A DNA stretch of 64,000 nt, taken from positions 80,724,001-80,788,000 of the forward strand of contig OX597827.1 in assembly GCA_951406725.2 (NCBI GenBank), read 5' to 3'. Below are positions 37,681-50,956 of the stretch, one piece after another. Below the pieces are notes generated by a model. That model made no database searches, was not told the DNA's origin, and was given only the letters and a program-made list of their open reading frames with translations. The position numbers and the translations under genes are program-made. Source of the stretch: Octopus vulgaris (taxonomy: Eukaryota). Position 1 is the first letter of the stretch, and each line of letters begins with the position of its first letter.

Positions 37681-38319
37681 TAAAGTGAATGACATTGCTT
37701 TAGCGAAGAAACTTTTGTTGCAATTTTGTAGAGACCTAAGCTGCTACGACCAACTGCACACAACCACTTCTCCCTGACCTTCTGAATTCCATTCCTCTCC
37801 ACACAACAACCACTTCTATCTAATTCCTTATCCCTGTATATCCCATGTTTATGCATGTCTAGAAAATACATATCCTTAAATTAAGAAATCTACTGCAATT
37901 TGCTGAAAAAAATATGAAAGCAAAACAAAAAACAAAAAACAAAAGAATTAACTGATACTTCGATCAATCTCAACAGAGATTATATCTAAGGAAAATATAG
38001 ATTCCATCTAAAATGAAATGCCGAATTAATTAATAATGATTGCTTTGTTTTATAACTGAGATAGAATGGGAGTATATTATATATTCCCTTAAGTTTTGAA
38101 AATAGTCTGTGTGTTCATAACAAGTCTGTGAGGAGAAACAAATTACTGTTAATGCAAAAAGATTTTTAATATTGGTACCAAGAAATATTCTCTGGAATAT
38201 ACTGCAATGTTCTGAGCTTGAAGTGAGGGCAGCTTCCTACAAAGAATGTTGAAGGAATTTATATACATTAGTGTATAAGTGTGTGTATATATGATGATGG
38301 TGGTAATGATGATGATGAT

Positions 38320-39589
38320 GATGATGGACTCTCCCATTAGTTATGGCATCTGAAGATCCAATAAACCCTTCAGTTTATTCAGCTCAGATGCTTCAAGTCG
38401 TGTATGACATTTTACTCCCTCAAAGGATCTTCAAATCAGTTCACAGATCATGGAAGGGTGGGGATTAAGGGATAGCGTTTCTGCTATGCTTGATAATGCT
38501 TTTGTACTTCCTCTTAGTTCTTGTAGCTGATGGATACAGCCAGATTCAAAGTCCCTGGTCCCAAGTTAACATACAGATCTTATCTCCTTCCATCCTGGGA
38601 ATGCTTGCCAAAACATCTCATAAAATGCATTGATTGCTCACTGATTACTTTCCAGTTTGGTCTTTGTACCTAAGCCGTGGCTGTTGTTTCAATATTTCTG
38701 TGTCCACCATCAAGATGGTTATAAAGGAAGGCTTTAGATATTCTTTCATTATTCATTCTGATAATATGACCAACCCAGGATGGTTGTGATTCTATCAGAA
38801 AGGTCTCAATGCCTCCAATTTTACTCTTAGAGTAAAAAAAAATTATCTTTTTTAATAATATTTTTGTTGTTTTTGTAAAATCTCAGAAAATAATTAAAAA
38901 TTTACATTTTTTGTCAAATTATTTTGTTATATTTGTCTATCTATCCAACCGTAAACATTTTAAATATTTCACTAACTTTTTGTTATAACTTGGCAAAAGG
39001 GTATGTTTTTTGCCAAAAATTGCTAAATTTGTTCCCACAGTCTTCTTTTAGTCAAAGTAAAATTGGTCGGCATTTGATATTTTGTCCTGAAGAGTGTAAC
39101 CACAGATTGCCCAATGACAGCCTTTATCAAAGACATCTCGTTGGTTGATGTGTAACCTATATGGAGTCCAAATTTCAGATCCATAAAACTATAGTGAATA
39201 TGACAGATTAATCGGCCTGTATCCTTGTGTCTAGTTTTATGCAGCTCTCGCTCCAGAGGCAATGATTGATTTTGCCAAATGATTTTCCTATGTGATTGAT
39301 TATCTTATCACTGAGACATGTATTTGATCTCACTGTTTTGCCAAGATTTGTGGATGATTTCACATACCTGAGATACTTTCCATAAACCTTTGTAGGGGTG
39401 TCTGGGAACTGGTAAACTGGTATTTGTTTGGGTGATAAGCATGGCTGGTAGATCAGCTCTGCTTTCTTTATGTTGATGGTAAGCCTGGAGACTTTATTTA
39501 CAACATAAATTTGGTTGACGTGTTTCAGGGCTTTCTTTAAAGATGTTGCTACAAGTACATCATCATCTGCGAAAAGGTGACCACAAATG

Positions 39590-39590
<1 letters not shown>
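38320..39590 (-). mobile_element. Decayed RTE-like LINE, RT 3' half to (CAT)n tail
   Basis: Minus strand LFADDVLVA, GLTINIKK, YL(G)-type motif and downstream RTE-like remnants. Confidence 0.7.
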
Positions 39591-39620
<30 letters not shown>

Positions 39621-40489
39621 TGTATGTATGTATGTATGTATGAATGTATGTATGTATGAATGTATGTATGTATGTATGTATGTATGTATGTATGTATGTA
39701 TGTATGTATGTATGTATGTATGTATGTATGTATGATGTATCTTTATATATATTGTCAGTGGGTCATATATCCAAAAATGAACCGTACTTTAAGATATTCG
39801 AGCAGTAATATATATATTTTTCTTTACTTTAGGAAGTTGATTGTTATGGCCTGTCAGAGAGTAGTGACTACTGGTTCTGCACTTATAAAGTGCTTAGCTG
39901 TATAGGCAATATGTGCTAGGGGCACATAACCGTTCTACAACTGGAAGGAGAAGACAACATGGTCAAGTGGTTATGTAAACAAAAAATAAACATCCAGAGT
40001 GGTCATGTAAAAGGTGTTACAGGTGGGATGGAGTTATCTCCTTTACATCGGGTTCAGCTGTGGTGATATTTAAAGAAGCTGCCATGGTTCTATTCAATGA
40101 ATAAGGAATTCCAAGCTTGTAGGAGGAAATGTTTTAGGTGTGGGTATTGACTAAATACTTCTTTCCTGGAGTTTAAAAAGGTATCTGGGCCAAGTGAGTT
40201 TTTTAGATTTTTGTTCTCTTGATCCAGGATCATGTCAGTGTACCTGACATCATCTTCTTCAGTTGACTTGAAAGAAGTAAGAGAGGGGTGATTGTAAGAG
40301 ATTAGTCAAAGCACAAGGAAAATCAGTCAACACATGAATCATACCACTGATCTTAGGACTTGTCATAGAAATCATTTTTCATCTCTTTTGCCTGTCCAAA
40401 AATTGGCTGCTGAACAACATGTTTACCAACAATTCCACTAACACTATCACTGATACCAACACCCCAACCACCATCATTTGAACTACTAC

Positions 40490-40975
40490 TACTACTATAA
40501 GACTCTCAGACTGTACTCTATAAGACTTGAAAACTGTGTACTCAATAAAACTCTGACTGTGTGCACTATTAGCTTTTAAAATAATGTACTCTAAGGTTGT
40601 GTACTCTATAATATGCTAAAAGTTTGTACTCTATAAGACTTGCAAACTATTTACTATAAGAAAGCTCTCAAACTATGTACTCTATAAGATTGTGTGCTCT
40701 ATAAGACCGGATTCAATAAAATTCTCAGACTGTGTACACTATAGACTCTAAAACTGAGTACACTATAAGACTGTAAGACCATGTACTCTACAAGACTCTT
40801 AAACTGTGTGCTCTACAAAACTCTAAAAGTGTGTACTCTATAAGACTTGAAAATTATGTACCCTAGTTATGTACTCTATAAGATTGTACTCTATAAAAAT
40901 GTGTACTCTATAAAACTCTCATACTATGTACACTATAGACTCTCACACTGTACTCTATAAGACTGTGTATTGTGT
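40490..40975 (+). repeat. Degenerate minisatellite of tgtactctataagact-type units
   Basis: Many irregularly spaced units; a shorter related copy is at 35722-35850. Confidence 0.85.
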
Positions 40976-42309
40976 AAATCTCTGAGCTGTACTTTGTGAG
41001 ACTGATACTAAATGACTATCAGACTCCGTACTCTGATGTATTGACTAAATATCTTATCTAAGAAGTGTATTGTTGAATTAAAGTGCAGTGGAATATCGAC
41101 TGACTGTGGCTGTATCCCATCTTATATTCAATATTTATCCAATATTGTTGTTAATTGACTTTCAAATGTCTGATAGAAAAACTGTTATCAAGTTGGACAA
41201 TCTCGTTAAATCAATTAAACTGCAGTGAATTAACAACCAGACATTATTGTTGTTGTTGTTGCCATTGTTTAGTTCAAGCCATGTGATGAAAGACATTCTA
41301 GCCATGACCACCACATCGTTTTTTGAGTATATATGACCACATTACCCAATACAAACCATTCCTTTTACATGACAGAAGAATGTGAATTGAGAGAGCTTTA
41401 GCTGCTATTTCTAGCTGGTCCTGCAAGCTCCCAGAGGCTATGTAGTGTCCAACAGACATATTAATTACCTATCCACTGCTATTAAGGTGGTCGGTCTTAT
41501 TAAACTAATTTAATTGCACAGAAATAATTACTAATGAGTCAACACACACGAACAATATCAATGTTATTTCAAACACTACAACAATGCTACAACATTAACA
41601 ATAGTACAACTTCCTTAACATCAACACTACCACTCACACCACAACATCACTATAATCACCACATGAAATCTACCACATACACTACAATAGCCACAACTAC
41701 TCCTATTACAACTAATATCAGAACTACTACCATACATTGCAACTGATACCACTTTAGAGATACTACAACCACCACCATTACGCCAGCATCCCTACCACCA
41801 CAACTACTACACCACAAACAGTGTGGTCACAAAGTATGTTATCAACACCACTTTAACCAACGCCAAAACTACAGATATATGGCAAACGGCACCACCATCA
41901 CCACCACCACCACCACCACCACCACCACCACCAAAATCACCATCACCACCAAAATCACCACCACCACCACCACCACCACCACCACCAACCACCACCACCA
42001 CCACCACCACCACCACCACCACAACCCCCACCACCACAACCACCCCCACCACCACAACCACCGCCGCCTCTGCCTCTGCCACCATCGCCACCACTGCTGC
42101 CAGCTGAAATATCAGTCCAATTGGCAGACATCCAATACTATGTGTGTGTGTGTATGTGTGTGTGTGTATACATGCATGTGAATATATATATATATATGTA
42201 TGCATGTATGTATGTCTAGTATATGACCACAGCAATGGTGTATTGATCATAGCAGATATGTTTAGCTGTTTTGTCCTCACTGCTTCACTTACTGCCAGTT
42301 AAGATAGAG

Positions 42310-42338
42310 TAATATCAAATATATATATGTATATATGC

Positions 42339-42410
<72 letters not shown>

Positions 42411-42853
42411 GTGTGTGTATATCATATGGATATATTACATATTTGTATATATGTATGTGTTTGTTGAATGTCTGTATTTATATACATGTACATAAATATA
42501 ATCACAAACTGCAAGTGTCTAGTCAAAGTGTATATGCGTTCACCGACATACATATACACACACAAAAGCACACATTTATATCATGATGATGACGATGATG
42601 ATGATAGTGTACACGCGTGTGGTTGTCTGTGTGCATTTGTATGTATATATGATATATAGGTGTACACATACACACAGACTAGACATGTGCTGAACACACA
42701 TACACACACACATGCGTATATATGTAAGTAAGTATATATATATGTACATATATATGTGTGTGTGTGTATAATATATATGTATACATATGTATATGAATAC
42801 GTATATGCATGTATGTATGTATGTATGTATGTATTGTGTGTGTATATATATAC

Positions 42854-42885
<32 letters not shown>

Positions 42886-42917
42886 GAATGTACGTATGTA
42901 TATATGTATGTATATAT

Positions 42918-42981
<64 letters not shown>

Positions 42982-43055
42982 GTATATATATGTATATATA
43001 TATATACATATATGTATGTATATATATACATATAGATATATGTATATATATATAC

Positions 43056-43150
<95 letters not shown>

Positions 43151-43473
43151 TGTGTGTATAATATATATGTGTGCATGTATAAATGTATATGTATATATAT
43201 CTATATCTATATCTATCTATCTATCAATCAATATATATATATGAATTTTATATGTATATGTGTGTATGTATATATACATATATACTTGTATGTGTGTGTG
43301 TATGTATATATACATATATACTTGTACATATATATATATATATGCATGTATAAGTATATATGTATATATACATATATACTTGTACATATATATATATATA
43401 TGCATGTATAAGTATATATGTATATATACATATGAAGAAAACACGTACACACACACAAACATATTTAAGCATA

Positions 43474-43504
<31 letters not shown>

Positions 43505-43583
43505 GTACACATCTGTCTGCTGATGTTTATACACGTAATACACAGACACATGCATAAACACACACATATATAACTCAAGACAC

Positions 43584-43620
<37 letters not shown>
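42310..43620. repeat. (TA)n/(TATG)n/(CA)n microsatellite field
   Basis: Directly visible. Similar fields occur at 30150-30560, 39590-39735, 47090-47610, 54960-57560 and 61250-63960. Confidence 0.95.
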
Positions 43621-43622
<2 letters not shown>

Positions 43623-44104
43623 GACATGCTATTTTCAAGAACCAAATCCATTCTATTTATATTTGTAATATGACATGTATAACATCATCAATACCATTAC
43701 CACCACTACCACCACCACCACCACCACCACCACCACAATCACCACCACCATCACCACCACCACCACCACCACCACCTACCACCACCACCACCACCACCAC
43801 TACCACTATTCCTATACCACCACCACCATCACCACCACCACCACCACCACCACCACCATCACCACCACCACCACTACCACCACTATTCCTATACCACCAC
43901 TACTCTTATACTACTACTACCACCACCACCACCCAATTACTTCCTCTAAAATCTCAATACCATCCCCATGTTCATCACCACCTCCACTACCACCGCTGCC
44001 ACCATCACCACACATACACCCATACGTCTACTACAAGCCCAACAACCATGACCACCCCATCCAAGAACACCTCCATTATCATCATTATTATCTTTACTTT
44101 AAGG

Positions 44105-44338
44105 CAGTGCTTCTCAACCCTTTTTCTACCCACAGACCCCTTTCATTCCTCTTTTACTCAACTCGACCCCCCCCCCAGCCAATCAATGTCTAAAAAATCC
44201 TTTTATATTCTCATAATTGAACATTATCAGGAATTGTATAAAATTGTCAAAATATTTTGTATTGTAGAAGTAGAACCAATTTAATGCACATCATTTTTAA
44301 CAACAAAATCTTATGTGGACCCTGGTTGACCACCACTG
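44105..44338. mobile_element. hAT (Charlie-like) MITE with 8-bp target-site duplication
   Basis: Ends cagtgcttctcaacc / ggttgaccaccactg, with TSD ctttaagg at 44097-44104 and 44339-44346. Related internal sequence occurs reversed at about 18463-18610 and 20982-21120. Confidence 0.85.
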
Positions 44339-44519
44339 CTTTAAGGGCTAAAACCATACTTCAGTCCTAGCATAGTGGGTCTCTTCTTTCTGTGTTTGGT
44401 TGCAGTTATTTTTTTTCATTTTTTATTGAGAGCTTCCATACAATGAAGATCTCAATAAAAGCAGTTTTAAAGTGCAGTACAGGAACAAGAAACCCCACAC
44501 AGTAAATAAAATGCAATGG

Positions 44520-46320
44520 AATAGAAAAAGGAAACTCTTATACCGATAACTAAATTTTATTTTTCAAAATACTGCGAAAACACCTTCACCCTAACAATAT
44601 GTACAAGAAACTAATAAAAAAAGAGACACATAGTAAAATTGTCATACTCCACTACCAACAACTTTGAGAAACTGCAGGCAAAAACCATGTAAAAGTGAAA
44701 GCCCAAACTACACACATAATAACAATTGTAATTGTAGAACACCTTTATCCTTTCTTTTAGAAGGAAACTGTCTCTCAAACAATATTGTATATTGCACCAC
44801 AGTAACCATGAACATGACACCAACTACTATATCTACACGTGTAGGATGTACAGAAAACCAGCTGAAGATATCATACAATCAACACACATATGCCTTTCAC
44901 AATCCAAACAACAAAAATGATACTTCACTATCCAAACATAAATGGCAATCAAAATAAAAAAATACTCTGTTTAGCATCAATTGGAAAATATTCTCACACA
45001 CACAATCATACCAAAGAAACAACAAAGCCTGCCTACTCTGTACTAATAAATCCTACCACATTCTAACATTCATGAACCAAAACTCTGAACTAGTCTATTT
45101 GTGCAAGCACAACATTTTAAAAGCACTAAAACATTTGAAACCAGTAATTTTTCTAATGGCTGAACATGTTTAATGTCTCACCAACTCCCTTCTCTCCACC
45201 TACACCATAAATTATTCCCATATACATAAAAAAAAACTCACTTTCACATTTTTACACTAAACAAATACTCCAGAAATTACCTAAAAGTTTCCTTTTCTTC
45301 ACCCAAAATCCTCACAAAAATTTTTATATATAAGTAGACCCCCCCCCCCCCACATACACAATATATATATTTATATGGGAGCAAGTTGGAAAACCCTTTT
45401 CTTTTATTATCCTTTTCAATATTTTCTTTTCTTTTTCTAAATTTTTAATTTGAACATTTTAAATCATTTATTTTTCATTCCCATTTTTATGCATGAATAT
45501 ATACACCCCGCTTTATAACGCCCCACTTTCGTTTATATGCGGAGGCCTACATTATAAAATACCTCTATTGAAACAGAATTGAAGAAATATCTATAAACAT
45601 ACAACCCACAAATTCTACCTCCACAAAACACAAGGGTTAAAATCCCTATATTCAGATCAAATTGCTTATAGAACAATGAATACCCGGAGAAAATCTTTCA
45701 GACCAACAACCTCTGTGCCTAACCAAGACCCTTTGACATGCCTAATGACCACCACCTTTCAAATGAAAATAGGAAATACTGTAAATAACAAGTAAAGAAA
45801 TTGACCAGCTAAAACATACTTACATTCTTTTATGAACCCCTAAAAAAACTCCATTTCAAACAAGTTGACAAGCCCAGTCATTAAGGTTCTAAATACTGAC
45901 CTTTGACCACTATGTTGTGAAAGCAAAGGGTTACATCCAATAAAACCGAAAACAAACTACTCAGGCATCCTGTGCCTGCCTGGCAAAGGAAAACCCCAAA
46001 ACATAAACACTTCCTAAGTTCTACAGACAGGAATAAATTCTAAACAACAACAACAACATAACCTCGAATTTAATGAATAAAAAATTCTTCAAAACACCCC
46101 TCTATCCCCACCCTAACTCTAACCACCTAATTACCACTCCACTCAAACCCAAGGAAGATCTTTCGTTCAACAGACACTATATAAAGTCAAGAGTAACTCT
46201 AATATGTTGCAGACCAATGATGGCTGAGGTGGCCAAAACTTCAAAGTCACTGTCAGTAATATTCAGGTTTAAGAACAATAAATCTGTACTCTACAAAAGT
46301 ATAGAGTCACTCTGAAGATT
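44520..46320 (+). mobile_element. Penelope-like element remnant: GIY-YIG endonuclease and downstream non-coding region
   Basis: VKLSYSTT, CNCRTPLS(C)xLEGNCLSNNIVY...VGCTENQLK..YNQH...TSLSKH, then INWKI and CLLC, which is the PLE Cys-linker plus GIY-YIG pattern. The 3' extent is inferred. Confidence 0.75.
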
Positions 46321-46436
46321 AATGTCAAATTGTTTTTATTATACTGTTGATGTATATATGTATATATAATATTATATATATACGTTTATAAATTTGTTGT
46401 GCAAGATTTTTTATGTGAAGTCGTGTGTTGAAACAG

Positions 46437-46656
46437 ATATTTTTATATTTCGGAATGGTCATTTTGCCAGTTTAGCCAATAAAAACACACGCACTATATA
46501 TTTGGTGTTATTTTGCTTCAGTGTTATTTATTTTTTACATTAATCTTAATCTATGTAAAAAATAAATAACACTGAAGCAAAATAACACCAAATATATAGT
46601 GCGTGTGTTTTTATTGGCTAAACTGGCAAAATGACCATTCCGAAATATAAAAATAT
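46437..46656. repeat. Perfect 104-bp inverted repeat with 12-bp spacer
   Basis: Arms 46437-46540 and 46553-46656. Confidence 0.92.
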
Positions 46657-46696
46657 ATATGTATGTATATATATATATATGTATATATATGTATAT

Positions 46697-47066
46697 GGGT
46701 GTGTGGTAAGAAGCTTGCTTCCCAACCACATGGTTCCAGGTTCAGTTCAACTGTGTGGCACCTTGGGCAAGTGTTTTCTACAATAGCTTTGGGCCAACCA
46801 AAGCCTTGTGAGTGGATTTGGAAGACGGAAACTGAAAGAAGCCCATCATCTATCTATCTATCTGTGTGTGTGTGTGTGTGTATGTGTTTGTTCCCCCCAA
46901 CATCGCTTGACAACTGATGTTGGTGTGTTTATGTCCCCATAACTTAGTGGTTCAGCAAAAGAGACTGATAGAATAAGTACAAGGCTTACAAAGAATAAGT
47001 CCTGGGGTTGTTTTCTTTGACTAAAGGCGGTGCTCAAGCATGGCTGCAGCAGTCAGATGACTGAAA
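46697..47066 (+). mobile_element. SINE family A, full length
   Basis: Collinear with the other copies. Confidence 0.85.
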
Positions 47067-47089
47067 CATATATAAGAATAAAGGAATAT

Positions 47090-47136
<47 letters not shown>

Positions 47137-47144
47137 TACATACA

Positions 47145-47176
<32 letters not shown>

Positions 47177-47373
47177 CATGCATTCTAGTGCATTACCCAT
47201 CATATGACTGGTGACTTTGGAATTATATTCTTGCCACCATGGGTAACACCAGGAGATATGGCATGCATACAATCTTCACCAAATTCCTTGGTACTTACAG
47301 AAAATGGTGAAATGAATACAAATTTCCAAAAGAAAAATATTTATTGCCTTGTGTGTGTATACGTATGTATATG

Positions 47374-47426
<53 letters not shown>

Positions 47427-47517
47427 TATATATATATATGTATTGAGTGTGCATGTGTGTGTGTGTTTATGTGTGTTTGTGTGTGTGTGTGTGTGTTTAT
47501 GTGTGTTTGTGTGTGTG

Positions 47518-47585
<68 letters not shown>

Positions 47586-48164
47586 TGTATGTATGTATGT
47601 ATGTATATCATACAGCTATTTGTACTGTGGTAAGAGCACCATAGCTGTGCCAGTGCTGGCTGGCTGACCAGTGCTGGCTGGCTGACCAGTGTAGGGAGAC
47701 CAACTGAAGCAGTACTGACCAGTCAAACTTCACACAAAAACAGGGGTTAAATTTCAATATTTCCTCTGGTCACATGACAGCCACAATAGCTTCTCTTGTC
47801 GTCTAGCTGCCATTGGCAGGGGTTCAAATGGGAACCGTGACCTGCAGACCTTCACTACAAACTGTCAGAGTGAGCAACAAACTGCTTTGGTCATTAGCCA
47901 AATAGCGACGGAGAGAGGGCTGAGCGGAGAGGGAGTGGCAGGGTTGGATTGGGGTTGGGCTATAGATTTTAATGGTTCACTCACCTATCACCTCGTACAG
48001 GCTATTGTTATGGTTTACTATATTGATCAACTGCTGATATATATATATATGCATACATACATACATACATTCATACATACATACATACATACATACATAC
48101 ATACATACATACATACTTACATACATACATACATGTATGCACGCATATAGACATCTATCTATCT

Positions 48165-48195
<31 letters not shown>

Positions 48196-48412
48196 AATAC
48201 ATATGCATAAATGTGCATACATGTATATACCTGTTTGTGTATACATTCATACATTAATATGGTGAATATATAAATGAGCTGTTATAAATAAATAAATATA
48301 CACAAACATGACACATATATAAACATATATATATATATATAGATATATATCATCATCATCATCGTTTAACGTCCGTTTTCCACGCTAGCACGGGTTGGAC
48401 GGAAAAAAAAAA

Positions 48413-48459
<47 letters not shown>

Positions 48460-48464
<5 letters not shown>

Positions 48465-49701
48465 TGTGTAAGGTATTTGAGAAGATACTTTTTGGGGGTC
48501 ATTGCAGCAATTTTTGCTAACTCTGTATAACCTTTGTTTCTGAAAATAGTAATGGCACATCCGGAGCCTATTCAAGAAATGAAGAGGTATGCAGTTATTG
48601 TGGTTATAAAGGCTGAGCATAGCGATTTAGAAATATCTCTATTTTTAAAAGTTGGCAGGTCTTTTGTCTACAAAGTTTGTAAAGAGTTAGAGACTGAAGA
48701 TGGAAATGTATCACCAGTATAAAAGACATTTTAAACACTTTGAAATCATCAGAACACCTGAATTTATCCAGTAAGCTCAACAGACCATTTGATTACAATC
48801 CCAGAAAGTCTATGAGGTCAATTGCAAAAGATCTCTATGTGCCAGAAGGAACAGTCAGAAATGTTGTCCACAAAGACATCAGATATAAGTCTTATAAGAT
48901 GAGGAAAGGTCAATTGGTCAGAAAAAGAAAATCACTACATCAGATCTAAAAGGCTCTTAAATAAACTGAAAAATCCAGCAGAAAAAGATTTGATTTGGTT
49001 TTTCTCAAACGAGAAAAACTTTGACCAAGATCAAAAAGAAATGGCAGATGCTTATGTGCAGATCCTTCTGAAGTTGCAAGTGTTATGCATACAGAATTTC
49101 CTGCAACCGTCATGGTTTTAGGGGCTGTCAGCAATGAAGGAGATGTGATGTCTCCTTACTTTTTTCCACAAGGCCTTAGAGTTAACTCTTCCGCCTACAT
49201 TGAGGTCCTGGAAATAATTGTTAAGCTCTGGATAGGCAGTGTATGTAGTGGAAGGCCATATGTGTTTCAGTAAGACTCTGCACTATCAGACATGGCTCCA
49301 GTAACAGAATGGATGGCTGAAAATGTTCATGATTACGTAACCCCTAACATTTGGCCTCCTAATTCCCCAGATCTCAATCCATTGGACTATTACATGTGGA
49401 GCATTGCTGAGAGAGAGGTCAAGGAGCATGCCTATAACACCAAAGATTCGTTGAAAGCTGCCATAGTCAGAGTAATGTCCAAAATGAACCAGGACCACTT
49501 GATCGGATATGTAGGTTATTTAGATCTCATTTAGAAGCAGTTGTTGAAACTGAAGGTGGCTTTATTGATTAACATTATGGAAAAGAATGTTTATTTTTTT
49601 ATCCTAGTAGCAATTGTGATAAATAAAGTTATTATCTGTTATTATATCTGGTTTTTTTTTATAAACATAAATTTATCCTCAAATATCTTCTGCACCCTGT
49701 A
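48460..49701 (+). mobile_element. Near full-length decayed Tc1/mariner (maT/DD37D-like) transposon
   Basis: Imperfect TIRs (ggtgtgtaaggtatttgag / ctcaaatatcttctgcaccctg). Disrupted transposase: MKRYAVIV..., PRKSMRSIAKDL, PATVMVLGAVS, VFQ*DSA...WPPNSPDLNPLDYYMW. Confidence 0.85.
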
Positions 49702-50148
49702 TATCATCCAACCGATGCTAGTATGTTAGATGATGATGATGATGATGATATATATATATATATATATACGTGCTCCAGCATGGCCGCAGTCAAATGACTG
49801 AAACAAGTAAAAGAGTAAAAGAGTATACACAAACACACATTTATGTGCATGTGTTTGTGCATGCGTGTGTGTGTGTGTGCATGTGTGTGTGTCTATGTAT
49901 ATATACATGTAAATATATATATATATATCATCATCATCATCATCATCATCGTTTAACGTCCGTTCTCCATGCTAGCATGGGTTGGACGGTTCGACTGGGG
50001 ATCTGGGAAGTCAGAAGGCTGCACCAGGCTCCAGTCTTATCTGGCAATGTTTCTACAGCTATATATATATATATATATTCAAAAGAAAATTTAGAAAATG
50101 GAGATGTAGCATTAATATAATTTTTTAACTGCAAAAAACCCAACAAAT

Positions 50149-50232
50149 TCTCTTACAGCTGTTTCAATTTTGCCTGAAGATTAAATTACAATAATTAAAT
50201 CATTGTGTTCAGCAAAATCTCATCAGAAGGGT
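50149..50232 (-). ncRNA. Hammerhead ribozyme-like motif (mirror copy)
   Basis: Minus strand reads CTGATGA gattttgc...gcaaaatt GAAA cagctg TA agag. Confidence 0.55.
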
Positions 50233-50276
50233 AGAAAAGATGTAACACCTAATAACCCAACGGTATATCTTTTACC

Positions 50277-50357
50277 CCCTCTGATGAGATTTTGCCTAAT
50301 ATAATGATCTAATGATTGTAATTTAATCCTTAGACAAAATTGAAACAGCTGTAAGAG
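50277..50357 (+). ncRNA. Hammerhead ribozyme-like motif (type I topology, Penelope-type)
   Basis: CTGATGA (50281-50287), stem II gattttg/caaaatt, GAAA (50342-50345), palindromic ACAGCTGT, GUA triplet. Stem I is weak. Confidence 0.55.
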
Positions 50358-50873
50358 AATATTATGGATTTTTGAGGTTAATAAATTATATTAATGCTAC
50401 ATCTCCATTTTCTAAATTTTCTTTTGAATATTTATAAACTAAGATTTGAGCTATTATTTTATGAATATTACTATTCACAAAAATACTAGGCACTGAATCA
50501 GTAATTCATTGGATATTATTATCCCTTAATTCCGAGATGCGGCACAGAATTTTGTCAGTGAACAGGTCACGGTCTCAAAGCGCCGAAAATATTTTGACAA
50601 ATTAAATTTAAATGTTGAAGTGAATCTAATGTTTTTTGTGTGTTTCTTAAATGGCTTATAAACACCTTCCACACTGCAAGTGTTTTCGTTCTAGCACACA
50701 ATCTCAGATCAGGTCACTTGCTATGCAAGTACATCTCTGTAATATATATATATATATATAAATATGTGAGTTGTCTAAGAGATCATAAGTCAGGGAAAAG
50801 GTGCACTCGTATATCTGTCAGTAGAGTGGTTATATTGTCTGAAATGTATAGTATTAAATATTCATCATGGCTG

Positions 50874-50956
50874 GTCTTATCAATTAGTTTCACGTAAAGA
50901 ATATAATGGAGTGTTAGGTAACAAACCAATAATACAACTTTACGCTCATCAGAGTT
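50874..50956 (-). ncRNA. Hammerhead ribozyme-like motif, partly degenerate
   Basis: Minus strand reads CTGATGA gcgtaaag...ctttacgt GAAA ctaattga TA ag. Confidence 0.45.

Larger units (their letters stand above)
50075..50431. repeat. Fold-back element (about 160-bp imperfect arms), each arm with a hammerhead-like core
   Basis: Arms about 50075-50240 and 50268-50431; CTGATGA...GAAACAGCTGTA in both. Confidence 0.85.

Noticed and set aside
40205-40270. Minus-strand CTGAAGA followed by a hairpin (possible hammerhead)
   Set aside because: No GAAA follows stem II, so it is too incomplete to call.
41807-44284. Poly-Pro/Thr/His and YI-repeat ORFs (also 54824-57610 and 61037-63994)
   Set aside because: Translations of (CAC)n, (TA)n and (CA)n microsatellites.
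46205-46256. Hammerhead-like vestige at the end of the Penelope remnant (ccaatga...ggccaaaacttcaaagtc)
   Set aside because: Both core boxes are mutated; suggestive by position only.
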